64,000 nt of DNA from an uncultured Bacteroidales bacterium (GCA_963816365.1 CAWFKG010000005.1:351650-415649); one strand, 5' to 3'; shown: positions 20,864 through 29,895, numbered from the stretch's first letter. Program-made: numbers and translations. Notes: a model not told the origin generated them from the sequence alone.

Positions 20864-21526
20864 TCATCCTACTAGCCTTCCATCAAACAGTCTCACAATC
20901 CTGTGGGTGGATTTTGCAAGCATTTCATCATGGGTAACCATTACTATAGTTGTACCCTTTTTATTTAGTTCAGCTAGAATATCCACAACTTCATGGCCAA
21001 TCTTACTGTCGAGATTTCCAGTGGGTTCGTCAGCCAGTATTATCTTCGGATCTCCAGCTACCGCCCGTGCAATTGCTGCACGCTGGCACTGACCTCCGGA
21101 AAGCTGTCCGGGATAATGTGACATCCTGTTTGTGAGTCCTACTTTTTCGAGAGCTTCCATTACTCTTTTTTTGCGCTCACTTGCAGGAGTTTTTCTATAG
21201 ATAAGCGGCAGTTCAACATTATCATAAATATTAAGTTCCTTGATAAGATGAAAGCTCTGAAAGATAAAACCAACAAGTTGGTTTCTCATTCTTGCGGTCT
21301 TTTTATCCTCATAGGTGAGAATATCCTGTTTGTCAAGTGCAATTTTCCCGTTATCGGGTTCATCGAGCAAGCCTATAATGTTCAGTAATGTGCTTTTCCC
21401 GCAACCTGAAGGGCCCATGACAGATACAAATTCACCTTCCCTTACTTCAAAATTAATGTTGTCGAGTGCAAGAGTTTCGATCTCTTTTGTTCTGTAGACT
21501 TTACTTATGTTTTCGAGTTTGATCAT
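20864..21526 (-). CDS. ABC transporter ATP-binding protein (LolD/MacB-type)
   Basis: GPSGCGKS, LSGGQCQR, ILADEPTGNLD, MVTHD. Confidence 0.95.
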   Translation of the reverse strand: MIKLENISKVYRTKEIETLALDNINFEVREGEFVSVMGPSGCGKSTLLNIIGLLDEPDNGKIALDKQDILTYEDKKTARMRNQLVGFIFQSFHLIKELNIYDNVELPLIYRKTPASERKKRVMEALEKVGLTNRMSHYPGQLSGGQCQRAAIARAVAGDPKIILADEPTGNLDSKIGHEVVDILAELNKKGTTIVMVTHDEMLAKSTHRIVRLFDGRLVG

Positions 21527-21640
21527 ATTGTTTGAAATAATATTGAAATAGATAGAAAATAAATTGAAATATGCTGAAATATTTAGTTCCTTTTGTTTTT
21601 GTCTTTTATCATAATAATTCTCACTTTCTCCGTGTTTTGG

Positions 21641-21730
21641 CCCCCCTGCCCCCCCTACAGGGGGTAAAAGCTCTTAAGCGCCTGAGATTTTCCTCCCCTT
21701 CAGGGGAGGTGCCGCGAAGCGGCGGAGGGG
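21641..21730. repeat. GC-rich CCCC/GGGG palindromic element
   Basis: CCCCCCT..CCCCCTACAGGGGG...CTCCCCTTCAGGGGAG...GGAGGGG; relatives at 23247, 30040, 37738, 49605 and 59337. Confidence 0.7.
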
Positions 21731-21745
21731 TTTACTTCCTTACTT

Positions 21746-22984
21746 TTACCTGATATCCCGTCTCGTATATTTTTCTCCGATATCCGAAAGTATCACCTTC
21801 TCCCCTTCTTTCAGTCCTTCAAGCACTTCCACATAATCGAAGTTTGAATCTCCGAAGAGTATTTTTGTCCTGTATGCTTTATTTCCTCTAACCACATACA
21901 TTTCTTTATACCCACGATCTTTATAATAAGGCCCGTTGGGAAGCCTGAGAACTTTGTCCTTTTTTGAAATAATAACCCTTATTTCAAGCTGTTGCGCTGG
22001 ACGTAGGTTTGTGATATCTCCTTTATCGATCCGTATAATACATTCCATCATTCCCTGGATTATGGCAGGCATAATATTCTCAATTGTCCCTATCATGTCC
22101 TTATCCTGGTTCCTGATGTCAACTTCCTGTCCTGATACAACTCTTCCTGCCCAGGCATTGCTTATGGTTCCTTTCAGCTTATAACTTGAAAAATCAGCCA
22201 CACGTGCAATCTGCTGACCTTCTGAAACTGATGCTCCGGGCTGATCAATCACCCAGCTTAAATCGCCATGAAATGGTGCTTTAACGTAAGCCTGATCAAC
22301 CAGATCCTTTGCCTTAATTATTTTATTCTTCTGAATGTTAATCTCGGTTTCCAGTTCCCGGATCCCGTTATTCCTAGAATTTACCTGGTTATTAAAATTA
22401 TACTGTGCCTGGCTGTTCTCGAGTTGCTCTATGTCCCAGGCGGTTTTTGCTTTTTTTACTTCTGAAGCAGGACTGCCTCCCATTTTATTAAGTGTAACCT
22501 CCCCTTCATACTCCAATCTGGCATTTTCAACTTTTATCTCTTTAATCTTTTTGCTGAATTCGAAATCCTCCCTGAGTTGCTGTAATTCAATCTTAAGTTT
22601 ATCAATACGAATATTCTCAAGAGCCAGTTCATTTGTCAACATATTCAGATCATTCTCGGCCAGCTTATTATTGAGTATCAGTAGAGTGTCTTTCGGGAAT
22701 ACTTTATCGCCCGGCTTTTTGATGATTTTCATTATGTTGCTCTTGAATGGGGAGGTAATTATCTCCTCGTATGCCGGTATAACATTACCCGAACCTTGAA
22801 TAGTGATCTGGATATCACCTTTGTCAGAAATGCCTGTTGCGACTTGGGAAATACTTACGGAAGGAATAAAAACACTTTTAAGGAAAAGAATGATTAAAAG
22901 CGGAACCACTATTATTATTGAAATAACACCGATCTGTCTGAAAAGTAATTTTCTCTTGTGCTCTTTTGAAACCGGACGATCCAT
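21746..22984 (-). CDS. Efflux RND/ABC periplasmic adaptor (HlyD/MacA-like)
   Basis: N-terminal TM helix, coiled coil, VKAPFHG lipoyl half, GDSNFDYVEVLEGLKEGEKVI. Confidence 0.9.
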   Translation of the reverse strand: MDRPVSKEHKRKLLFRQIGVISIIIVVPLLIILFLKSVFIPSVSISQVATGISDKGDIQITIQGSGNVIPAYEEIITSPFKSNIMKIIKKPGDKVFPKDTLLILNNKLAENDLNMLTNELALENIRIDKLKIELQQLREDFEFSKKIKEIKVENARLEYEGEVTLNKMGGSPASEVKKAKTAWDIEQLENSQAQYNFNNQVNSRNNGIRELETEINIQKNKIIKAKDLVDQAYVKAPFHGDLSWVIDQPGASVSEGQQIARVADFSSYKLKGTISNAWAGRVVSGQEVDIRNQDKDMIGTIENIMPAIIQGMMECIIRIDKGDITNLRPAQQLEIRVIISKKDKVLRLPNGPYYKDRGYKEMYVVRGNKAYRTKILFGDSNFDYVEVLEGLKEGEKVILSDIGEKYTRRDIR

Positions 22985-22993
22985 GATTTTAAT

Positions 22994-23062
22994 ATTTCGG
23001 ATTTCGGAATGTCGATTTCGGATTGAAGAAAAATCCGCAATCCAAAATCCGCAATCCGCAAT
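22994..23062. repeat. Heptamer-repeat hairpin
   Basis: ATTTCGG-type array facing an AATCCGC array, as at 8141-8208. Confidence 0.75.
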
Positions 23063-23067
23063 TCTTT

Positions 23068-23083
23068 GTCAATACTTATGCCA
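23068..23083 (-). promoter_or_regulatory. Sigma54 (-24/-12) promoter
   Basis: Minus strand TGGCAT-AAGTA-TTGAC upstream of an operon that encodes an NtrC-type activator. Confidence 0.7.
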
Positions 23084-23101
23084 TAAATATAAGCATCATG
23101 T

Positions 23102-23171
23102 TATCAGATGTTTGAAAATACTTTGTTATGAATTAGTGTATCAGAATGAGACAGGTGCGGACATATTGTCC
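23102..23171. promoter_or_regulatory. Putative IHF site and enhancer palindromes
   Basis: TATCAGATGTTTG (fits WATCARNNNNTTR) at 23102-23114; TGTATCA-GAA-TGAGACA at 23137-23153; GGACA-TAT-TGTCC at 23159-23171. Confidence 0.55.
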
Positions 23172-23192
23172 CTACAATAGCTTTGAGAGACT

Positions 23193-23221
23193 GGAGGGCC
23201 ATGCCATGGCATGTCCCCTAC
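23193..23221 (-). repeat. GTAG-type REP-like palindrome
   Basis: Minus strand GTAGGGGACATGCCATGGCATGGCCCTCC. Confidence 0.65.
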
Positions 23222-23276
23222 GAAATCAAGGATAATCATTGAATTAGCCCCCCATATGGGGGTTGGGGCGTTCTTG

Positions 23277-24944
23277 CTATTTATACGAATCTACATGCAC
23301 GCTCTTCACAGACCGTCCCGAGGGATCATTCAAATTTTTAAACGACGCATCCCATGCCAGAGCCTCTGGAGTGCTGCATGCCACTGATGGTACTGACGGG
23401 ACACATAATGCAGCAGAATCTGAAGGAAAATGCTCTGTAAAAATACATCTGTAAAAATATTCCTCCTTCGACATTGGCGGATTTATCGGGAATCGATATT
23501 TTGCATTTGCAAGCTGATCGTCACTCACTTCATGTGAGGTAAGTTCTTTCAGCGAATCGATCCAGTTATAACCGACTCCATCCGAGAACTGTTCTTTTTG
23601 TCGCCATGCCACGCTGGCAGGCAGGTAATCCTCGAAAGCTTTCCTGAGGACCCATTTTTCAATACGATCCTTATTTATCATCTTATCTTTAGGATTCAGA
23701 CGCATCGCCACATCCATAAACTCTTTATCCAGGAAGGGTACACGGCCTTCCACACCCCATGCAGCCAGAGATTTGTTTGCACGCAGGCAATCATATAAAT
23801 GAAGTTTGCTGAGTTTCCTTACAGTTTCTTCGTGAAGAGCTTCCGGAGATGGGGCCTTGTGGAAATAGAGATAACCTCCGAAAATTTCATCTGCTCCTTC
23901 ACCTGACAGAACCATCTTTACTCCCATTGATTTTATAACCCTTGCCAGAAGATACATCGGAGTGGATGCCCTTATCGTCGTAACATCGTATGTTTCAATA
24001 TGATATATCACATCCCTTAATGCATCAAGCCCTTCCTGGACAGTAAAATTAATTTCATGATGGATCGTTCCGATATGTTTGGCGACCTTTCGTGCAGCAG
24101 CCAGATCGGGTGAACCTTCAAGCCCGACAGCAAATGAGTGTAATTGCGGCCACCAGGCCTCACTTTTGTCCTCCGATTCAATTCTCTTCGGTGCAAATTT
24201 CTTGGCTATAGCTGAGACCACAGATGAATCAAGCCCTCCCGAAAGCAGAACTCCATATGGCACATCTGACATTAACTGACGGTGAACTGAGGCCTCAAGC
24301 GCCAGCCTGAGATCCTCTATGCTTGTGCTGTTATTTTCAACTGCTGAGTATTCTTCCCAATCACGTTTATACCATCTGGTCATCACGCCATCCTTGCTGT
24401 AGAGGTAGTGTCCGGGCAAAAATTCCTCTATCTTATTACAGACTCCCTCCAGGGCCTTAAGTTCAGATGCTACATAAAAGTTTCCAAACTGATCCCATCC
24501 GACGTATAAAGGAACTATTCCTATATGATCACGGGCAATAAAATAGCAGTCTTTGACCCTGTCGTATAGTGCGAAAGCGAATATCCCGTTTAATTCTTCA
24601 ATGAAAGCGGGACCCTTATCCCTGTAAAGCGGGAGGATCACTTCGCAGTCGGAATGAGTCTGAAATTCGTAAGTCTTTTCATATCTTTTCCTGATCTCCT
24701 GATGATTGTAGATCTCACCGTTTACTGCAAGTATAAGGTTGCAATCCTTACTATATAATGGCTGTTTGCCCGACTGAGGATCAACTATGGATAATCTTTC
24801 ATGAGCAAGGATAGCTTTCTCGCAATAAAATATACCGGACCAGTCAGGACCACGATGCCTTACTTTTTTCGACATTTTCAGAACAGTCGATCTTAATTCC
24901 ATATGATTGACTTTCAGATCAAATACGCCTATAATTCCACACAT
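23277..24944 (-). CDS. asnB: Asparagine synthase B (glutamine-hydrolysing)
   Basis: N-terminal MCGI, RHRGPDWSG, HERLSIVD, NGEIYNH, LLSGGLDSS, SGEGADE, RQKEQFSDGVG. Confidence 0.97.
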   Translation of the reverse strand: MCGIIGVFDLKVNHMELRSTVLKMSKKVRHRGPDWSGIFYCEKAILAHERLSIVDPQSGKQPLYSKDCNLILAVNGEIYNHQEIRKRYEKTYEFQTHSDCEVILPLYRDKGPAFIEELNGIFAFALYDRVKDCYFIARDHIGIVPLYVGWDQFGNFYVASELKALEGVCNKIEEFLPGHYLYSKDGVMTRWYKRDWEEYSAVENNSTSIEDLRLALEASVHRQLMSDVPYGVLLSGGLDSSVVSAIAKKFAPKRIESEDKSEAWWPQLHSFAVGLEGSPDLAAARKVAKHIGTIHHEINFTVQEGLDALRDVIYHIETYDVTTIRASTPMYLLARVIKSMGVKMVLSGEGADEIFGGYLYFHKAPSPEALHEETVRKLSKLHLYDCLRANKSLAAWGVEGRVPFLDKEFMDVAMRLNPKDKMINKDRIEKWVLRKAFEDYLPASVAWRQKEQFSDGVGYNWIDSLKELTSHEVSDDQLANAKYRFPINPPMSKEEYFYRCIFTEHFPSDSAALCVPSVPSVACSTPEALAWDASFKNLNDPSGRSVKSVHVDSYK

Positions 24945-25118
24945 ATAAATCGGTTTATCAGTTTAATTTCTTTTTACAATAAGAGGTACAAAGCTAACAT
25001 TTATTTCAATTCATAAAATCATTTTGTTATTTAATTTAATTAAAACAAGACAATAATTAAGCAAATATATAGAAAATGTGAATGAATCATATCTATTATC
25101 TTAATTTAATAAATATTA

Positions 25119-25142
25119 TTAATATGACAAAAGTCATATTAA
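25119..25142. promoter_or_regulatory. Perfect palindromic operator upstream of the redox cluster
   Basis: TTAATATGAC-AAAA-GTCATATTAA (10-bp arms, 4-bp spacer); TGA-N6-TCA geometry resembles Crp/Fnr sites. Confidence 0.6.
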
Positions 25143-25241
25143 GTCTGTTTTTAACATTTATTAATATAATTGAGCTTCATAGTTTTATTGAAGTCTGCAA
25201 AATCCTGATAATTTTGTTCCTGAATTTAAATCAATCACAAA

Positions 25242-26486
25242 ATGAAAAATTTATTAGCGTCTATCTCCTTAATATTTTGTTTATTACAATTAACTGAGGG
25301 TCAAAAAATAAGCGAATGGCGACCGGAAAACAGAACCGGCGTTTCGGCCGAAACCGGATTGCTTAAATCGTGGCCTGCATCGGGCCCTGCTTTGCTTTGG
25401 TTTAACCAGGATCTGGCTTCAGGCTTTTCATCGGTAACATTTGGGCAAAACTCTATATTTTTGACCGGAATGATTGGCAAAAACGATGTATTATTTGCAT
25501 TAGATACTGTTGGAAAAATAAAATGGCAGGTACCGTATGGTCGTGCCTGGACCGGAGCCACTCCTGAAAGCAGATGTACTCCCACTGTTGAAGGGAACAA
25601 TGTTTATGTATCCAGCGGATCGGGTGATCTGGCATGTGTTGACGCAAATACCGGTAAAATTATCTGGTCGGTTAAAGCAAGTGAAACATACAAAGGAACC
25701 TTTGAACAATGGGGCATTGCGGAATCACTTCTTTTAGATGGAAATAAACTTTATTTCACGCCAGGTGGATCACAGACAATGACAATCGCCCTGGATAAAA
25801 AAACCGGAACTTTAATCTGGAAATCTGCAAGCCTTAAGGATGCTCCCGCCTACGTTTCTCCTATCCTTATTAATTTCAAGGGAAAGAGATTAATAATTAA
25901 TGTTTCAAGCAGTTATATTTTTGCGGTTGATCCTTCAAATGGAAATATAGTATGGAAAATAAAGCATCTTGACATTAACCCCGCAAAAGCTGAAGTAATA
26001 AAATGCGTTACCCCTCTTTATTACGATGGGAAAATTTATGTTACCGGAGGTTATGATCATGGAGCCATAATGCTCAGTTTAACTGACGGCGGCAATAATG
26101 CAAAGGTGGCATGGACAGATAATGTTCTTGATGTGCATCATGGGGGTGTGGTTCTGGTTAACGGTCATATATATGGATCAAACTGGCTGAACAACAACGA
26201 TGGAAACTGGTGTTGCATAGACTGGAATACCGGTAAGAAAAATTATGAAGAGCACTGGAAATGCAAAGGCTCAATCATTTCTGCTGAAGGTATGCTGTAT
26301 ATCTATGATGAACGATCAGGTTTTGTAGGTTTGGTTAAGGCAAATCCTGATAAGTTCGATTTAGTAAGCAGCTTTAAAATATCCAAAGGATCAGGACCCT
26401 ACTGGGCACACCCTGTCATTCATAATAAAAAGCTATACATCCGTCATGGCAAAGCGCTTATGGCCTTCAATATTCAAAGCAATTAA
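25242..26486 (+). CDS. PQQ_2/BamB-like beta-propeller protein 1 (secreted)
   Basis: Signal peptide; WRPENRTG...W N-terminal motif; repeated CVDANTGKIIW and ALDKKTGTLIW blades; WAHPVI...LYIRH C-terminus. Confidence 0.88.
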   Translation: MKNLLASISLIFCLLQLTEGQKISEWRPENRTGVSAETGLLKSWPASGPALLWFNQDLASGFSSVTFGQNSIFLTGMIGKNDVLFALDTVGKIKWQVPYGRAWTGATPESRCTPTVEGNNVYVSSGSGDLACVDANTGKIIWSVKASETYKGTFEQWGIAESLLLDGNKLYFTPGGSQTMTIALDKKTGTLIWKSASLKDAPAYVSPILINFKGKRLIINVSSSYIFAVDPSNGNIVWKIKHLDINPAKAEVIKCVTPLYYDGKIYVTGGYDHGAIMLSLTDGGNNAKVAWTDNVLDVHHGGVVLVNGHIYGSNWLNNNDGNWCCIDWNTGKKNYEEHWKCKGSIISAEGMLYIYDERSGFVGLVKANPDKFDLVSSFKISKGSGPYWAHPVIHNKKLYIRHGKALMAFNIQSN

Positions 26487-26582
26487 TATTCTTAATTTCC
26501 GTTTTTATACGGAATAAAATAAAGTTCAGGAATGCATTATTCTTTATCCAGGTAAAGGTTTGTAAGAGGATAAAAAAAAGAA

Positions 26583-26590
26583 TAGCTTTG
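26583..26590 (+). promoter_or_regulatory. Bacteroidota sigmaA -7 element
   Basis: TAGCTTTG (TAnnTTTG) about 45 bp upstream of 26633. Confidence 0.5.
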
Positions 26591-26632
26591 CGCACTGATG
26601 CGAAAGCATTAAGTATATAGCAGAAGGAGTGG

Positions 26633-28084
26633 ATGATACACGATAAGCAAAGTAAAATTATTATTTCTTTAGTTGTATTAGTTTTTGGAACTGTACTTCT
26701 TTGGTGGATACTTAACCCGCAACCTCTGCCAGTAACCGAAAGGATCCCTGGCATGGACGAACGTCCAAAAATGATTGTCCGTTCAGACACAGTGAATATC
26801 GGAGAATTTTTTGATACTCTCTCGGCGATGGATGAAGTTGTGCCTGGTGACTGGCCACGTTTCAGGGGCAATGATTTTGATAATATAAACAAAGACACAA
26901 CTCCGTTATCAGAGAATTGGGACACTTCCGGACCTTCAATACTCTGGAGAGCAACTCTTGGTGAAGGGTATGCCGGTCCGGCAGTACATAACGGCAGAGT
27001 TTACCTTCTCGATTATAATGAAAGAAAAAAGGCCGATGTGCTGAGATGTTTTTCGCTTTCATCAGGAAAAGAACTCTGGAGGCGGTGGTATTATGTTGAT
27101 CTGAAACGAAATCACGGATACTCAAGAACGATTCCTGCAGTTACCGACAAATATCTTGTTACAATCGGACCACGATCTCATGTAATGTGTGTTGATCCGT
27201 ACAGCGGAAAAATGCTGTGGTCGATTGATCTCGAAAAAGAGTTTGGTATCCCGGGTACAGAGAAAGGAAGAATTACTCCCGACTTTTATACAGGACAATG
27301 TCCCATGATCGATAATGATATAGCTGTTATTGCGCCTGGTGGAAAGGCTCTGATGATAGGTGTGGATTGTGCTTCAGGAAAAATAATCTGGGAAACACCT
27401 AATCCTGATTCCCTGCGAATGTCACATAATTCAATAATGCCAATGACTATTCACGGGAAAAGAATGTATGTATATAATGCAGTCGGGGGAGTATGCGGTG
27501 TATCTGCTGAAAAAGCCGATTTAGGCAAGCTCATGTGGATAACTACTGACTGGAGTCCGGCAACAACCGCAGCCTCACCAATCCTCCTGGGAAATGACGA
27601 AATTGCTGTTTTTGGAAGCTATGGGGCTGGAGGTGCAAGGATCCTTATTAGTAGTACGGCATCGGGTTATTCTGCCACCGTCAGGGAACAGCACAAAGCT
27701 ACAAATGGACTCGCCAGCGATCAACAAACGCCGGTAATCATCGGAAATTATATCTGGAGTGTTCTTCCTGAAAACGCCGGAGCATTGAAAAAGCAGCTTG
27801 TCTGCTATAAAAAGACGGATCTTTTAACAGCTGTGTGGTCGAGCGGCAAAGAATACAGGTTTGGCCGCGGACTAGGACCATATATTGTTAGCGGTGATAA
27901 ATTATATCTTCTGGATGATGACGGAAATCTTTACTTTTATAAGATTCAGGATAACAAAGCCACATTGTTGGCAAGTCATAAAATATTGAAAGGGATTGAA
28001 GCATGGGGCCCAATGGCCATAGCCGGTAAGTACCTCATTATGAGAGATTCACGAAATTTGCTTTGTTTGAATATTGGTAAATGA
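26633..28084 (+). CDS. PQQ_2-like beta-propeller protein 2 (membrane-anchored)
   Basis: N-terminal TM helix; DWPRFRG; GEGYAGPAVHNGRVY; blades SGKELW, SGKMLW, SGKIIW. Confidence 0.88.
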   Translation: MIHDKQSKIIISLVVLVFGTVLLWWILNPQPLPVTERIPGMDERPKMIVRSDTVNIGEFFDTLSAMDEVVPGDWPRFRGNDFDNINKDTTPLSENWDTSGPSILWRATLGEGYAGPAVHNGRVYLLDYNERKKADVLRCFSLSSGKELWRRWYYVDLKRNHGYSRTIPAVTDKYLVTIGPRSHVMCVDPYSGKMLWSIDLEKEFGIPGTEKGRITPDFYTGQCPMIDNDIAVIAPGGKALMIGVDCASGKIIWETPNPDSLRMSHNSIMPMTIHGKRMYVYNAVGGVCGVSAEKADLGKLMWITTDWSPATTAASPILLGNDEIAVFGSYGAGGARILISSTASGYSATVREQHKATNGLASDQQTPVIIGNYIWSVLPENAGALKKQLVCYKKTDLLTAVWSSGKEYRFGRGLGPYIVSGDKLYLLDDDGNLYFYKIQDNKATLLASHKILKGIEAWGPMAIAGKYLIMRDSRNLLCLNIGK

Positions 28085-28091
28085 ACCGAAA

Positions 28092-29012
28092 ATGAAAAAG
28101 AATCTGATAACAATTCTATCCGTGTTGGTTATACTCGCTTTCATTGGGTATATAGTATTTGATTCTGTTAAGCCGTCTCTGGCTGCTAAAAGTGAACCTG
28201 TGACAGTGGAATCTCAGGAGATACCTGATGCCTGGGAGATCTCAAATGTTTTCAAGGTGAGTGAAGGTTCTCTTAAAGCTGTAACAGTGACCCCAAATGG
28301 AGAAATATATCTTGGAGGAACTTCATTCCTTTCGTGTTATGACAAGGATTTGAATCTCGTCTGGAAAAAGAAAACAAAATCACCTGTAACATCGCTCTCA
28401 AATTATGGCGACACAATTTATGCATCAACATCAAGTATGATATATGTCTTGAATTTCGCTGGCAGAATATTAAGCGAATGGGGGCCGTTTGAAGACAGTT
28501 CTCTCATTACTTCATTAAGCTCAAACAGGAAATATGTTGCAGTTGCAGATGCAGGAAATAGAATGGTCTTTATTCTGGATAAAGGTGGTGAGGTTAAGAA
28601 GATGATAGGCCAGAATAAAAAAGAATTTGTTATCCCGAGTCCTTATTTTGACGTGGCCCTCGATAACGACGATAATCTTTTTGTTGCAAATACAGGGAAA
28701 CATCGCATTGAAACCCGGACTATTGATGGTAGCTTAAAAAGTTATTTTGGAGAAGCAGGAACTGCTCCGGGATTGTTTTGCGGGTGTTGTGCTCCTCCAC
28801 ATTTCGCAATCATTCCTGAAGGATTTGTGACAGCTGAAAAAGGAATTAACAGGATCAAGATCCTGAACAAAAAGGGTGAATTCGTTGAGTTCGTCAATTC
28901 AAAAAATAGCTTCGTTAAATCTGTTCCTCTGGATGTGGCTTCCAGTGATGGTAAAATAATTTATGCGGCCAATCCGGCTGACTCGAGACTATATATATTT
29001 AAAAGGAAATAA
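28092..29012 (+). CDS. NHL-repeat-like beta-propeller with CGCC motif
   Basis: VAVADAGNRMV, LFVANTGKHRIE, FCGCCAPPHFA, VTAEKGINRIK; N-terminal TM helix. Confidence 0.75.
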   Translation: MKKNLITILSVLVILAFIGYIVFDSVKPSLAAKSEPVTVESQEIPDAWEISNVFKVSEGSLKAVTVTPNGEIYLGGTSFLSCYDKDLNLVWKKKTKSPVTSLSNYGDTIYASTSSMIYVLNFAGRILSEWGPFEDSSLITSLSSNRKYVAVADAGNRMVFILDKGGEVKKMIGQNKKEFVIPSPYFDVALDNDDNLFVANTGKHRIETRTIDGSLKSYFGEAGTAPGLFCGCCAPPHFAIIPEGFVTAEKGINRIKILNKKGEFVEFVNSKNSFVKSVPLDVASSDGKIIYAANPADSRLYIFKRK

Positions 29013-29029
29013 ATTGATAGAAAAGTACA

Positions 29030-29086
29030 GAGCGAAGTTGCAAACTTTGCTCAGCAAAGGCGAAGATGCAAACTTTGCTTAGCAAA
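29030..29086 (+). repeat. Tandem pair of 26-bp REP-like palindromes, family B
   Basis: GAGCGAAGTT-GCA-AACTTTGCTC-AGC followed by a degenerate copy 28 bp later. Confidence 0.7.
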
Positions 29087-29128
29087 AAAAAACCAGCAAC
29101 TAGAAACCAGTAACCAGCAACATATTTT

Positions 29129-29293
29129 ATGACCAGAAGTGAATTATTAAAAAGACTCGGCAGATACATACTGCTTCTGCTGATTGCTATAATTGCCATT
29201 TCGCTCGGAAAGAAAGTTGTGGGAACAAATGATTGCACAACCTGTGCCGGCAAGGGTATTTGCAACGGCAAAACAGACTGTAATAAGTACTAA
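29129..29293 (+). CDS. Small Cys-rich membrane protein (54 aa; absent from the ORF track)
   Basis: MTRSELLKRLGRYILLLLIAIIAISLGKKVVGTNDCTTCAGKGICNGKTDCNKY; ends 11 bp before the ferredoxin start. Confidence 0.75.
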   Translation: MTRSELLKRLGRYILLLLIAIIAISLGKKVVGTNDCTTCAGKGICNGKTDCNKY

Positions 29294-29304
29294 ACAGACC
29301 ATAC

Positions 29305-29874
29305 ATGAAGGCCGGCAAAAATAAATATCAGTCAAGACGCGATTTTGTGAAAGCTGCAGGAAAGGTGATTGTGACGATACCCCTGATAATAATCCCGGCC
29401 TTTCTTGCAAAAAAAACTTCTGCTTCCGGTTATGTCTGGCAGATCGACCCGTTCAAATGCACGCAATGCGGTCAGTGCAAAACCAATTGTGTCCTTACTC
29501 CTTCTGCCTCAAAATGTGTTCACGCGTTCAGGATGTGTGGTTATTGCGACCTCTGCGGCGGCTATCTCCGCCAGGGAGTTAAAACTATAAGTACAGGCGC
29601 AGAAAACCAGCTATGTCCTACCGGAGCAATTACCCGAAAATTCGTAGAAGAACCGTATTTTGAATATACCATCAATGAAAAGCTATGTGACGGTTGCGCT
29701 AAATGTGTCAAGGGATGCGGCGATTTCGGGAATGGATCACTTTATATGCAGATCCGGCATGACAGGTGTCTGAACTGCAATGAATGCTCGATTGCACGAA
29801 CCTGCCCTTCGAATGCAATTTCAAGAATTCCTGCCAGGATTGCATATTTACCTAAAGACGCACCCAAAAAATAA
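29305..29874 (+). CDS. Polyferredoxin with twin-arginine signal (NapG/MauM-like role)
   Basis: SRRDFVK followed by a hydrophobic stretch; CTQCGQCKTNC, CGYCDLC, CPTGAI, CDGCAKCVKGC, CLNCNEC..CP. Confidence 0.85.
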   Translation: MKAGKNKYQSRRDFVKAAGKVIVTIPLIIIPAFLAKKTSASGYVWQIDPFKCTQCGQCKTNCVLTPSASKCVHAFRMCGYCDLCGGYLRQGVKTISTGAENQLCPTGAITRKFVEEPYFEYTINEKLCDGCAKCVKGCGDFGNGSLYMQIRHDRCLNCNECSIARTCPSNAISRIPARIAYLPKDAPKK

Positions 29875-29895
29875 AAAAGAAATCCATTAACCGCA

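Noticed and set aside
21571-21753. 60-aa plus-strand ORF between the ATPase and adaptor genes
   Set aside because: It is a translation of the GC-rich palindromic repeat, antisense to the operon
25082-25297. 71-aa AT-rich ORF upstream of the cluster
   Set aside because: Low-complexity Ile/Asn/Leu composition from an AT-rich promoter region, overlapping the real gene start
29147-29410. Minus-strand Cys-containing ORFs (28999-29271 and 29147-29410)
   Set aside because: They are antisense shadows of the plus-strand 54-aa ORF and the ferredoxin, which fit the operon direction
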